The notes under the pieces: generated by a model
Databases searched by the model: none
Seen by the model: the letters and a program-made list of their open reading frames with translations, nothing else
Told to the model about the DNA's origin: nothing
Translations under genes and position numbers: made by a program
Shown here: positions 39,494-50,688 of the stretch, piece after piece
Layout of the letters: the number at the start of each line of letters is the position of its first letter
How positions within the stretch are numbered: position 1 is the stretch's first letter
Assembly (NCBI RefSeq): GCF_006345805.1
Contig: NC_043006.1
Coordinates: 85,622,001-85,686,000, forward strand
Length of the DNA stretch: 64,000 nucleotides
Source of the DNA: Octopus sinensis
Taxonomy: Eukaryota
Direction of reading: 5' to 3'

Positions 39494-41270
39494 ATTTCTT
39501 TATTACCCACAAGGGGCCAACAAAGAGGGGGACATTACAAGACGGGACGTGGGGTACATAAAGTAAAAATAAAATATGAAATAAAGATGAATTATATGTA
39601 ATGAGATGGAACGGCTTACGAACCCCCAACTCGCAGTTCCGTTTAAACTACAATTTTACATTTTACAATTTTACAATTACATATATTCCAGTTCAAAATA
39701 CAATAATTTTACAATTTACAATTTTACATTTTAACATTACATATATTCCAGTTCAAAATACAATTTTACATTTTACAATTTACAATGTTACAATTTTAAA
39801 ATTTCAGTTCTATTGGACGTTCGTCCGTAATGTACTTTGTCAACTCCATCTGGTCCACCACATTTGGCAAATTTTCATAACGTACGTAATACGTTAAATA
39901 AACCTGATCAAACAAAATTTTGAACTTAGTAAATGTTCCCTTATCTACAAGTACCCCTCCCACATCGTCATCATGCAGTTCTGGGTGTAATTTAATCCTA
40001 ATCACTCCTTTCCTACCTGCAAGTTTCTTTTCCACTTCTGTGTCTTTCACATACATCATGAATACTTTCAGGTATTTTCCTACTGGTCTCTTTCCCCTTT
40101 TACACGCATCCAACTGTTCTCTCACTCTTTTCCTCCATTCTAAGTGTACCTCTGTCTTTGTCTGTTCGTCCTTTTCTTTGCACGTTCTCTCTTTTTCTTC
40201 TGTTATCTTGCTTTTGATTTTTATCTTTTTTTGAACTTTCGGTGGGGATTCCACCCTTGTTCTCTTCCTATCTTCTGTTCCTTCATCCTCTGCACTCGCA
40301 CGTTCTTCTTCCATATCCTCATTTAGCTGCTCCTCCGTTTGTGCCTCCGCTGCTTTCGCTTCCTCCTGCACTTCTCCCTCCTCCACACACGCATCTTTAC
40401 ACTCCTCTATTACAGCCTCCGGTGCCTTCGTCTTCTCCAGCGGGCACACATCCTTCATGTGGCCCCTCAATTTACAATGATAGCAGACTGGGGGTCTTCC
40501 CTCTACCACGACTCTAAGCCGTGTCTCATCAGGGAAGACCAACTCCTCCGGGATGTTGTACAGGTCTCGCACGGTTATATGTGCCAGAACCTGCACCGCA
40601 TATCCCCACCATTTAACCTCTGTTGACTTCTCCACCTTCAACACCTCCACACTTTCCTTGCAGTTGAAGACTACTGCCGCTAATAACCTCTCCATATTAA
40701 ATTCGGGCGAAATTCTACTAATTCTTATCCTCACTGCCCTCCTTCCGCAGTAACTTGGTAGTAAAGTCCAACTATCCGTTTTCAAAATTCTTGTTGCATT
40801 CTTTCTTGCTTCATTTTCATTTTCTAAAATATACCACCACTGTGGCATATTTCCTTCCTCTTTTGAAAAATGTGGGTTCACCCTCAATTTCCTTCAGACA
40901 CTTTTCTACTTCTTCCGTTTCTGCTACTTCTATTTTTTTCGACGCCACACACCATGTCCTGTACGTTATCATACACTTCTCCGCGTTGTTTTCCTCTTCT
41001 TCGGACGGTGTGACTCTCACGCAGTCACCCTCCCTCTTCAAACTGTCGAAATATTTTTCTAAAGTTTTCTGTTCGACCACCACTTCTTCCATTTCCAGTT
41101 CACTGGCAACCAGGCCTCTGCCTGCTGCTCTCACATAAGTCTGGTCTTGCATTTTCAAAAATCTCTAAAAAAAATTTTTCACATCCTCCAGCAACGAACT
41201 CGAACTCACAACCTCCTCACAATGACGCACTCCCAACAAACACACCAGAATAACGACTCCAAAAAAAATA
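39494..41270 (-). mobile_element. ORF1-only Tx1/L1-like retroelement, copy B (full length)
   Basis: Bracketed by ATCACCAGCYGACC repeats (39480-39493, 41271-41284); 5' UTR, single ORF, 3' UTR, stem-loop + AATAAAG tail. Confidence 0.85.
39796..41152 (-). pseudogene. ORF1/gag-like CCHC zinc-knuckle protein, copy B, 1-nt frameshift near 40825
   Basis: ORFs 40817-41158 and 39796-40887 together align to copy A; LRVVVEGRPPVCYHCKLRGHMKDVC. Confidence 0.85.
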
Positions 41271-41284
41271 GGTCGGCTGGTGAT

Positions 41285-43042
41285 ATTATATCTTTATTAT
41301 GGGCATGATAGCCCTAATTCAGAGGGGACATTACAAGACGGGACGTGGGGTACATAAAGTAAAAATAAAATATGAAATAAAGATGAATTATATGTAATGA
41401 GAATGAACGGCTTACGAACCCCCAACTCGCAGTTCCGTTTAAAATACAATTGTACATTTTACAATTACATATATTCCAGTTCAAAATACAATTTTACATT
41501 TTACAATTTTACAATTAACTATTTTACATTTTAACATTACATATATTCCAGTTCTTTTTATATTGGACGTTCGTCCGTCATATATTCTATTAAGTCCATT
41601 TGGTCTATTACATTTGGTAAATTGTCATACCGTACATACTGCGTTATATAAATAGCATTAAATATCTTTTTCAATTTTGTGAATCTTTCTTTTTCTATAA
41701 CTGCGCCTTTTACATCGTCACCATACAGTTTTGGGTTCAACTTCACCCTGACCAATCCTTTCCTACCTGCAAGTCTCTTTTCCACTTCTGTATCCTTGAT
41801 ATACATCACGAATGGTTTCAGGTTTTTCCCTGCAGGTCTTCTTCCCCTCTTACACGCCTCCAACTGCTCTTTCACTCTTGTCTCCCAGTTTTGGTCAAAC
41901 TCTGTCCTTGTGTGCTCTCTCGCCTTCTCTTTTACTTCCTTTTCTTTGCACGTTCTTTCTTCTTTTTCTTCTGTTATCTTGCTTTTGATCTTTTTCTTTT
42001 TTTGAACTTTCGGTGGGGATTCCACCCTTGTTCTCTTCCTATCTTCTGTTCTTTCCTCCTCTGCACTTGCACGTTCTTCTTCCATATCCTCATTTAGCTG
42101 CTCCTCCGTTTGTGCCTCCGCTGCTTTCGTTTCCTCCTGCACTTCTCCCTCCTCCACACACGCATCTTTACACTCCTCTATTACGGCTTCCGGTGCCTTC
42201 GTCTTCTCCAGCGGGCACACATCCTTCATGTGGCCCCTCAATTTACAATGATAGCAGACTGGGGGTCTTCCCTCTACCACGACTCTAAGCCGTGTCTCAT
42301 CAGGGAAGACCAACTCCTCCGGGATGTTGTACAGGTCTCGCACGGTTATATGTGCCAGAACCTGCACCGCATATCCCCACCACTTTACCTCTGTTGACTT
42401 CTCCACCTTCAACACCTCCACACTATCCTTGCAGTTGAAGACTATTGCCGCTAATAACCTCTCCATATTAAATTCGGGCGAAATTCTACTAATTCTTATC
42501 CTCACTGCCCTCCTTCCGCAGTAACTTGGTAGTAAAGTCCACCTTTCCGTTTTCAAAATTCTTGTTGCATTCTTTCTTGCTTCATTTTCACTTTTAAAAT
42601 ATACCACCACTGGGGCATATCTCCTTCCTCTGTTGAAAAATGTGGGTTCACCCTCAATTTCCTTCAGACACTTTTCTACTTCTTCCGTTTCTGCTACTTC
42701 TATTTTTTTCGATGCCACACACCATGTCCTGTACGTTATCATATGCTTCTCCGCGTTGTTTTCCTCTTCTTCGGACAGTGTGACTCTCACGCAGTCACCC
42801 TCCCTCTTCAAACTGTCGAAATATTTTTCTAAAGTTTTCTGTTCGACCACCACTTCTTCCATTTCCAGTTCACTGGCAACCAGGCCTCTGCCTGCTGCTC
42901 TCGCATAAGTCTGCTCTTGCATTTTCAAAAATCTCCAAAAAAAATTTTTCACGTCCTCCAGCAACGAACTCGAACTCACAACCTCTTCACAATGATGCAC
43001 TCGAAACAAACACACCAGAATAACGACTCCAAAAAAAAAATA
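41285..43042 (-). mobile_element. ORF1-only Tx1/L1-like retroelement, copy A (full length)
   Basis: Bracketed by target repeats 41271-41284 and 43043-43056; same layout as copy B with a different tail stem-loop. Confidence 0.85.
41558..42922 (-). CDS. Intact 454-aa ORF1/gag-like nucleic-acid-binding protein (CX2CX4HX4C knuckle, E/K-rich linker, unassigned C-terminal domain)
   Basis: ATG at 42922 (MQEQTYARAA; the TYA.AA start is typical of LINE ORF1); IPEELVF...RVVVEGRPPVCYHC resembles the Tx1/L1 ORF1 pre-knuckle motif; no RT or endonuclease motifs. Confidence 0.85.
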   Translation of the reverse strand: MQEQTYARAAGRGLVASELEMEEVVVEQKTLEKYFDSLKREGDCVRVTLSEEEENNAEKHMITYRTWCVASKKIEVAETEEVEKCLKEIEGEPTFFNRGRRYAPVVVYFKSENEARKNATRILKTERWTLLPSYCGRRAVRIRISRISPEFNMERLLAAIVFNCKDSVEVLKVEKSTEVKWWGYAVQVLAHITVRDLYNIPEELVFPDETRLRVVVEGRPPVCYHCKLRGHMKDVCPLEKTKAPEAVIEECKDACVEEGEVQEETKAAEAQTEEQLNEDMEEERASAEEERTEDRKRTRVESPPKVQKKKKIKSKITEEKEERTCKEKEVKEKAREHTRTEFDQNWETRVKEQLEACKRGRRPAGKNLKPFVMYIKDTEVEKRLAGRKGLVRVKLNPKLYGDDVKGAVIEKERFTKLKKIFNAIYITQYVRYDNLPNVIDQMDLIEYMTDERPI

Positions 43043-43095
43043 GGTCAGCTGGTGATGTTTCTTTATTACCCACAAAGAAATATCACCAGCCGACC

Positions 43096-44092
43096 CAGTC
43101 TGCTATCATTGTAAATTGAGGGGCCACATGAAGGATGTGTGCCCGCTGGAGAAGACGAAGGCACCGGAGGCTGTAATAGAGGAGTGTAAAGATGCGTGTG
43201 TGGAGGAGAGAGAAGTGCAGGAGGAAGCGAAAGCAGCGGAGGCACAAACGGAGGAGCAGCTAAATGAGGATATGGAAGAAGAACGTGCAAGTGCAGAGGA
43301 TGAAGGAACAGAAGATAGGAAGAGAACAAGGGTGGAATCCCCACCGAAAGTTCAAAAAAAGATAAAAATCAAAAGCAAGATAACAGAAGAAAAAGAGAGA
43401 ACGTGCAAAGAAAAGGACGAACAGACAAAGACAGAGGTACACTTAGAATGGAGGAAAAGAGTGAGAGAACAGTTGGATGCGTGTAAAAGGGGAAAGAGAC
43501 CAGTAGGAAAATACCTGAAAGTATTCATGATGTATGTGAAAGACACAGAAGTGGAAAAGAAACTTGCAGGTAGGAAAGGAGTGATTAGGGTTAAATTACA
43601 CCCAGAACTGCATGATGACGATGTGGGAGGGGTACTTGTAGATAAGGGAACATTTACTAAGTTCAAAATTTTGTTTGATCAGGTTTATTTAACGTATTAC
43701 GTACGTTATGAAAATTTGCCAAATGTGGTGGACCAGATGGAGTTGACAAAGTACATTACGGACGAACGTCCAATAGAACTGAAATTTTAAAATTGTAACA
43801 TTGTAAATTGTAAAATGTAAAATTGTATTTTGAACTGGAATATATGTAATGTTAAAATGTAAAATTGTAAATTGTAAAATTATTGTATTTTGAACTGGAA
43901 TATATGTAATTGTAAAATTGTAAAATGTAAAATTGTAATTTAAACGGAACTGCGAGTTGGGGGTTCGTAAGCCGTTCCATCTCATTACATATAATTCATC
44001 TTTATTTCATATTTTATTTTTACTTTATGTACCCCACGTCCCGTCTTGTAATGTCCCCCTCTTCGTTGGCCCCTTGTGGGTAATAAAGAAAT
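43096..44092 (+). mobile_element. 5'-truncated ORF1-only element, copy C (B-type), opposite orientation
   Basis: Starts at the knuckle (ORF 43116-43790), near-identical to B; bracketed by target repeats 43082-43095 and 44093-44106. Confidence 0.85.
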
Positions 44093-44390
44093 ATCACCAG
44101 CTGACCGGTGTCTGCTACTCTAGGCCGATGAAGGACAACGATCCTGAAACACGGTGTCCCTAGATGCAGTTCCGTCAGCCGGGGGTGTTTGTCTCCCCTT
44201 CGTATATGTATATAAGGACACAGGGAAAAAATGTGTCAAAGCTATCAGGAGGCGTTTGATGCTTCCTAGGGCTATACAGCGGTGGTGTACCCCCTACTGT
44301 CACGTTCTTGTTAGATTGACAGTATACAACCATTCTATCGCCCCACCACCGTACATGTCTCTATGAGAGATTTAGAAATTCAATATTTCT
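44093..44390 (+). mobile_element. Hammerhead-containing terminal repeat, right copy, with ~52-bp extension before (TA)n
   Basis: Mirror of 39248-39493 plus extra 44339-44390; TATATAA at ~44208. Confidence 0.8.
44119..44164 (+). ncRNA. Type I minimal hammerhead ribozyme motif (predicted cleavage after C44158)
   Basis: TCTAGG CCGATGA AGGACAACGATCCT GAAA CACGGTG TC CCTAGA. Confidence 0.8.
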
Positions 44391-44422
<32 letters not shown>

Positions 44423-45107
44423 CGTATATTTATATATACACATATATACATTTTTATGTATATTTATATATACATATATATATATATTTATATGTATATA
44501 TATATGTATATTTATATGTATATTTATATATATTTATATGTATATTTTTATATATATATTTATATGTATATTTATATATATATATATATATTTATATGTA
44601 TATTTATATATATGTTTATATATATGTATGTATATATATATATATGTATGTATATATATGTATATGTCTGTATATATGCGTGTGTGTGTTGTATATTTAT
44701 CTGTGTTTGTTCCCCTTCATGTTGATGTATTTACGTTGCTGTAACTTAGTGGCTCATGAAAATTGACCGATAGAATAAGTACTAGTCTTACAAACAATAA
44801 GCCCTGGGTAAATTTGTTCAAGAAATGGTGATGCCGCAGCCTGGCGGCAGTTAAATAACTGAAGGAAATGAAAAAATAAAGGAATGGACTTTCCCACCAT
44901 ACAAGCAGTGGTTTTCGTTTGCAATCTGCTGTAAGAACATATCTAGATAAAGGTAAAAATATTACATTGCTTAGAAACAGGTGAAAGTTGGTGTCAGGAA
45001 GAGCATCCGACTTTTGAAATTTGAATCAATGAATCCTATCTGACCCATGCAGATGTTAAAATTATGATAATGATATTATTTGAGATGCACATCTATCTAT
45101 TACAAAT

Positions 45108-45465
45108 ATCATCATCATCATCATCATTTAACGTCCGTTTTCCATGCTAGCATGGGTTGGACGCTTTTGACTGAGGGCTGGCAACCAGATGGCTGCACTA
45201 GGCTCCAGTCTTGATCTGGCAGAGTTTCTACAGCTGGATGCCCTTCCTAATGCCAACTACTCCGAGAGTGTAGTGGGTGCTTTTTACGTGCCACCTTCAC
45301 GGGGGCCAGTCAGGCGGTACTGGCAATGACCTCGCTCAAATCTTTTTACACGTGCCACCGGCACAGGTGCAAGTGAAGCGATGTTGGTAATGATCACACT
45401 CAAATGGTGCTCTTTTACGTGCTATGGGTACGGAAGCCAGTTGGCTGCTCTGGCAACGATTACAA
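45108..45465 (-). mobile_element. RTE-type LINE 3' UTR (family C)
   Basis: (CAT)n tail and internal units. Confidence 0.88.
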
Positions 45466-47222
45466 CGATATTGGTAAATAATTAGCAATACCTTAAAAAG
45501 ATAAAAATTTAGCAAAAGTAGCATTGAAAATGGTAAATGACAGAATCTGTCTTTTCAAGAACATTTTAAATATATTGAACAGCACATCTGTCCAGCTTCT
45601 AACAATATTTTCATTATATCAACTAAATATAATCACTGCCAGTCTTGATAAACCTCCAGGACACAACAGCAGACAGGTCACATTGCCAGGTTATTTCTCT
45701 TAGCGATGTCTACTGCAGTGTGAACAGATAAGTACTAGTTGTTATCTTTGTCTGTAGAGAAGATGCTTGTCCTGCCAGTACATCAACCTACTGAAAGATT
45801 CTCATTCTGATACTAAGCATATCCGTATAAACTAAAATCCACTATTAGGGAGAAGATGAGTAAGTAATATTGGTAGAAGTTGATTGTTGACATCTGTAGC
45901 CAAATGTTGACTCTCAGCAGGTGCACCTATGAAAAACTGATGTTGTCTCTCAAAATCCATGATAATAATCACTGTGATGTTGATGATTAAACTTTTCAGT
46001 AAGTTTTTTTTTTTGTTATAACATCACTACTTTTGTTTGAACTTTGACAATTGATCAGATTCTTAAGTTTGGCAGCATTGCTGTCAGCTCCCAGACATAC
46101 GAAAACAAACATACAAAAATAAACATTAATTTCTTTGTATGGTTCTTTGTATACATTTCTCATGTCAAATTCTCACTCATCCCATTCCCCGTAAAACCAC
46201 AGACAATAGGTTGAAACAGTAAACCACTTTGACCCTTTCAATGCCATTCTGCCCATGACTGCTTCTGATTCTGTCATACAAGCCTACTCATTTTAAAGTC
46301 ATCATCATTGTCATCATCCCTCAATGTCCATCTTCGAAGCTGGTATGGATCAGATTGTTTGACAGGATTGGATAGGCCAAAGGATTCTCCAATGTTCGCT
46401 TTGGTTTGGCTTCTACAGCTGGATGCCCTTCTTAACATCAACCCAGTTTATAGTGTGCACTTGGTATGCTTTTAAGTGGCACCTGTACTAGTGAGATCAT
46501 GCAGCCTGCAAGATGGTGATTTTCTTTTTGGTGAGTGGAACTATTGTAGAGAGGGAGGCAGCTTTAAACATTTTTGTTCAGTTCTATTTCAAGTACCATG
46601 TTAATAACTGTTTTTAATTTAGGCAAAATGCCAGCTATTTCAAAGAGGAGGAATTTGTTGATATTATTGACACTAATACTTGACTGGCATTTATTGTTGC
46701 ATGGATTAAAGGCAAAGTTGACCTTGGCTTCTTTTGAACACAGAGGGTAAAGAGTCAAGAAACACTGCAGGGTATTTTGTCTGCTACTCTAATAATGATT
46801 CTGCCATCAAATGAATTATGAAAGCAAAAAAGAAAAAATCAACACAAAAAATGGTTTTCCAGATTATTTTCTTCAAATTCATTATTTTCAAAATTAATTG
46901 AATTACATCCTCATATGCACATGTACGCACACATGTTTAAGTAAAACTCAAGAAATAAATATGAAGCAGATATAACATACGAATCTAATTGTTACACACA
47001 ATGGCGTATGTATATGTGTGTGTAATATGTCATAAGAAAAGTGGAAAAAAGTTAACATTGTGTGAGAGATTCTAATGTTGTGTCCATTGTAAACTGTATA
47101 GGTGATAACCACTACACTGAAGAAACATTTCAAGTTTTATAATCCTAATTAGAAGACTTAGAGTAAGACTACACATGCCAATTGAGATCTTAGTTCACAC
47201 ATTATAATGATATGGTATTATG

Positions 47223-47264
<42 letters not shown>

Positions 47265-48004
47265 GGACTATGAAAGAAAACTGTAACATCAACTACAGAA
47301 TTCATATATGTTGATTGTATTTGCACACACACATGTATTTATACATATTCTATATGTGTATTTAACATGTATCAGGCATATAAACATGTGTCTACATATT
47401 TTCTGTAAGAAAAGCATGTAATAATAGATTACTACATATCTAAATTCTAACTTACTATTCTCCTATTCTCCTATTCTCACATCTCTGCCCGTCTCTGCTC
47501 ATCATCATCCAAATGATAATATTTCTCCTCTAACAATACACCGACATATGTAAGGCAACACACAACTTTCATTGGTGAAGCTCATTGTTTAGTATATTTT
47601 CACTCAACACACAGCACTACCACTATAATTAAGTCTCTTCCAGTCAATGTCCATTCTCCAGTACTTCTAGAGTCACCAGTCAGAGGTGACTCTGTGTTTG
47701 CATCTACAAGGGAATGCTGAAAAGTTTCTGGCTTTAAGAGTATTACTAAAGGCCTGGCTGGAGGTCCAAACTTCTGAGTTCCTTTCCAGGTCTTAGAAAG
47801 ACTGAAGGACCACTGCAATAAGTGGAATATGTTGAATAAAATCATAATTAACAGATCCTCATGTGTTTTCTTTTACCCAAAGCCAGAAACTTTTCAATAC
47901 CCCTCATATATCTGATGACCTAGGCAAAGTTCCTCTTTATTCAAAGCTGGCAGTTGCCCATACAGATAAGTACCCCTTCTCTTTGTCGCTGATGTTGTCT
48001 AACA

Positions 48005-48620
48005 CAGGGGTCCCAACCACAGGGCTGTGAACCAGTACCAAACTATAAATCATTTGGACTGGGCTGCACAGAAAGAATAAATTTTTAAGATTATATTTCA
48101 TTGGCTCTTGCCATCTGCAGAGTGTTTTTGCATTACATATGTATTATTTATATAATATATGTGCATTATTTATGTAATAATTAAATTATATTGTGTCTGG
48201 AGAGAGTCATATTGTCTTAATGCCTTATTATCTAACACACACACTGGTTTGATTTCCATCCATTTATTATTTATAATTTTTTCTTCCGAAATTTTCATTG
48301 CTTTTTTGCAAATTTTGCAAAAGTAATGAGAATTTTGGAAGCAAAAAAATGTAAATAATAAATGAGTGGAAATCAAACCGGTGAGTATGTTGGATATTGA
48401 GGCATTAAGACAATATGACTCTCCCCAGACACAACAAAATTTGCTTCAACACACGAATTCACATAAAGAATCTTGCAAACTAGATACAAAAACAAATAAT
48501 ATATTAAAGCAAATTATATATTATGCACTTATGTTTTGTGGTGTGTATGACTCCACCAATCTGAGAAACAATGTCTTGTGTGTAACTGGTCTGCAATACA
48601 AAAATGGTTGAAGACCACTG
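48005..48620. mobile_element. hAT/Charlie-like MITE with internal inverted repeat
   Basis: Termini CAGGGGTCCCAACC...GGTTGAAGACCACTG; 48190-48268 mirrors 48356-48435. Confidence 0.7.
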
Positions 48621-48967
48621 GTTTGATAGAAGCACTGCCATTTGAAGGCCAATACACCTTGGCACAAGGGTTGTCACAGGTATTGCTGTTGGAATGCAAA
48701 TTTTCAGAGCGGTTGCCATAAGGTATCTCATCTAACATACTATCCTTTCTATCAATTTGCCCCTCTGGAGTGGTACTTCCTTTTTGACACATCATTGTAT
48801 AATGGTTAGCATTAGGAAGAGCATCCAGCTGTAGAAACCAAGCCAAATCAGGCTGGAACCTAGTTCATCTCTCTGGCTTACCAGCTCTGGTCAAACAGTT
48901 CGACTCATGCCAGCTTGGAAAATGGATGTCAACAGATGATGATGAGGAGGAGGATTTCCAGACTTAT

Positions 48968-49745
48968 AAAGGTCATAGCTATGGTACTATGAACATATAA
49001 GAATGTTAGAAGAAAGAATTGCATGACGGATTCTTCAAACCAAGTCAACCAACATGACACTTGGAGATGGTTGGATAATATCTATATGAGGGAGTGCAGA
49101 AAATTTCCTGGCTTTGGGTAAAAAAAAAAATACAAGAGGATCAGTTAATTATGATTTTATTCAACATATTCCCCCCTCAGATTCACACATTTAGTGTAGC
49201 AGTCCTTCAGTTTTTCTAAGCCAAAAGGTTGGGCCCCTAACCAGGCCTTTCGTGATACCCTTAAAGCCATGAAGTTTCCAGCATCCCCTCATAGTCTCAA
49301 TTAATCTCACTTGAGAACCCAGCTGGAAAGTGTAATGACTGTTGCTTCTGAAAGGCCCCTATGAAGGAGATGTCTTTCCAAATCCTGTAGCATTTCACAT
49401 GGAATTCTTGTCTTCTAAAATCATTTTGGTGTATAAGTCAATCCAAACATTTTCATCTGTAACTTTTAATCTGAAAAATTTGACTTGCACGATAGAAAAT
49501 ATGGCATTGTACTCAAAAAGATGAAAGGCAAAGTTGATCTCAGCAGGGTTTGATCTCAAAATGCTGAGTCACAACAAAAACTGCAAGGCACTCTATTCCT
49601 CACCTTAATGACTTTCCCAATTCCTCATTTATTTCAGTATGATTGTTCTGATTGCAAAAACTGCAGGATAGAAGACAGAGAGACAGTATAATTGCATTTG
49701 ATATCTTTGACATCCATCTGTTAATGTATCTCTCTCCTGCCCCAC

Positions 49746-49781
<36 letters not shown>

Positions 49782-50654
49782 TTTTGTATGTATAATGGGG
49801 AGTGTTACCATGTAGGAGTTGAACTTCAGGTTAAAAGTTCTCATCAGTTTCACATGTGAATATATGTATGTATATAGATGGATGCACATACATGTAGATA
49901 TGCATCAGCATATGGACACAAATGTACACACTTATACAGGTGCACAATGCCACATGCAATGTGTGCACCTTTACACATATATACACAGCATGGCAACTAT
50001 ATTGCTTTATTATACATGTATGTCTTCCTTTTTTTATATTTTTAATTTATTTTATTTTATTTATTTTTTGAGGGAAATATATGATAAATGTATGTATGCT
50101 CATTTCTGAATGTACACAGGCAGATATCTATGTACATCATACATTTATATACATACACACTAAATATATTCTATATAATTGTAATAGTGTGTGCGTATGT
50201 GTGTATGATGTATCTTTAAATATCATTTGTGTTTGTTGCTTTACAAATTTAATAAATTTCCAATCACACTCCAGTAAATTTGAATATCTCGATATAAATT
50301 GATCGATTTAACATTTTAATGTTATATTGCATCCATTTTTCTTGTGCAGATATGTGTGGTATGATTTTCTTGTTTAACCCAAGGTCTGTACTGATCTAGA
50401 AGTCCAATGTTTCGAACTGCTCCTACTATGATCGTTTTTTCTTTACTTGTTTTAGTTGTGAGACTGCGACCATGCTGGTGCACAACCTTGAAGAATTTTT
50501 TTGTCGAATGAATCAATCTCACTACTCTTTTTTCTTTTTAAGAGCCTGGCACTTATTCTATCAATCTCTTTTGATGAATTACTAAGTTACAAGGACATTA
50601 ACATAGCACCACCAGTTGTCAAGTAGTTGTGAGACACACACACACACACTCACT

Positions 50655-50688
<34 letters not shown>

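Noticed and set aside
42923-43075. 51-aa N-terminal extension of the 505-aa ORF
   Set aside because: Runs through the target repeat and the previous unit's tail from a GTG; the shared start in A and B is the downstream ATG.
39248-44338. Interpretation as a DNA transposon or Polinton with ~1.24-kb TIRs
   Set aside because: No transposase, integrase or polymerase and no clear external TSD; the arms decompose into retroelement units with their own target repeats.
45758-45859. Exon-like segment with good acceptor and GTAAGT donor
   Set aside because: Stops in all three frames and no other support.
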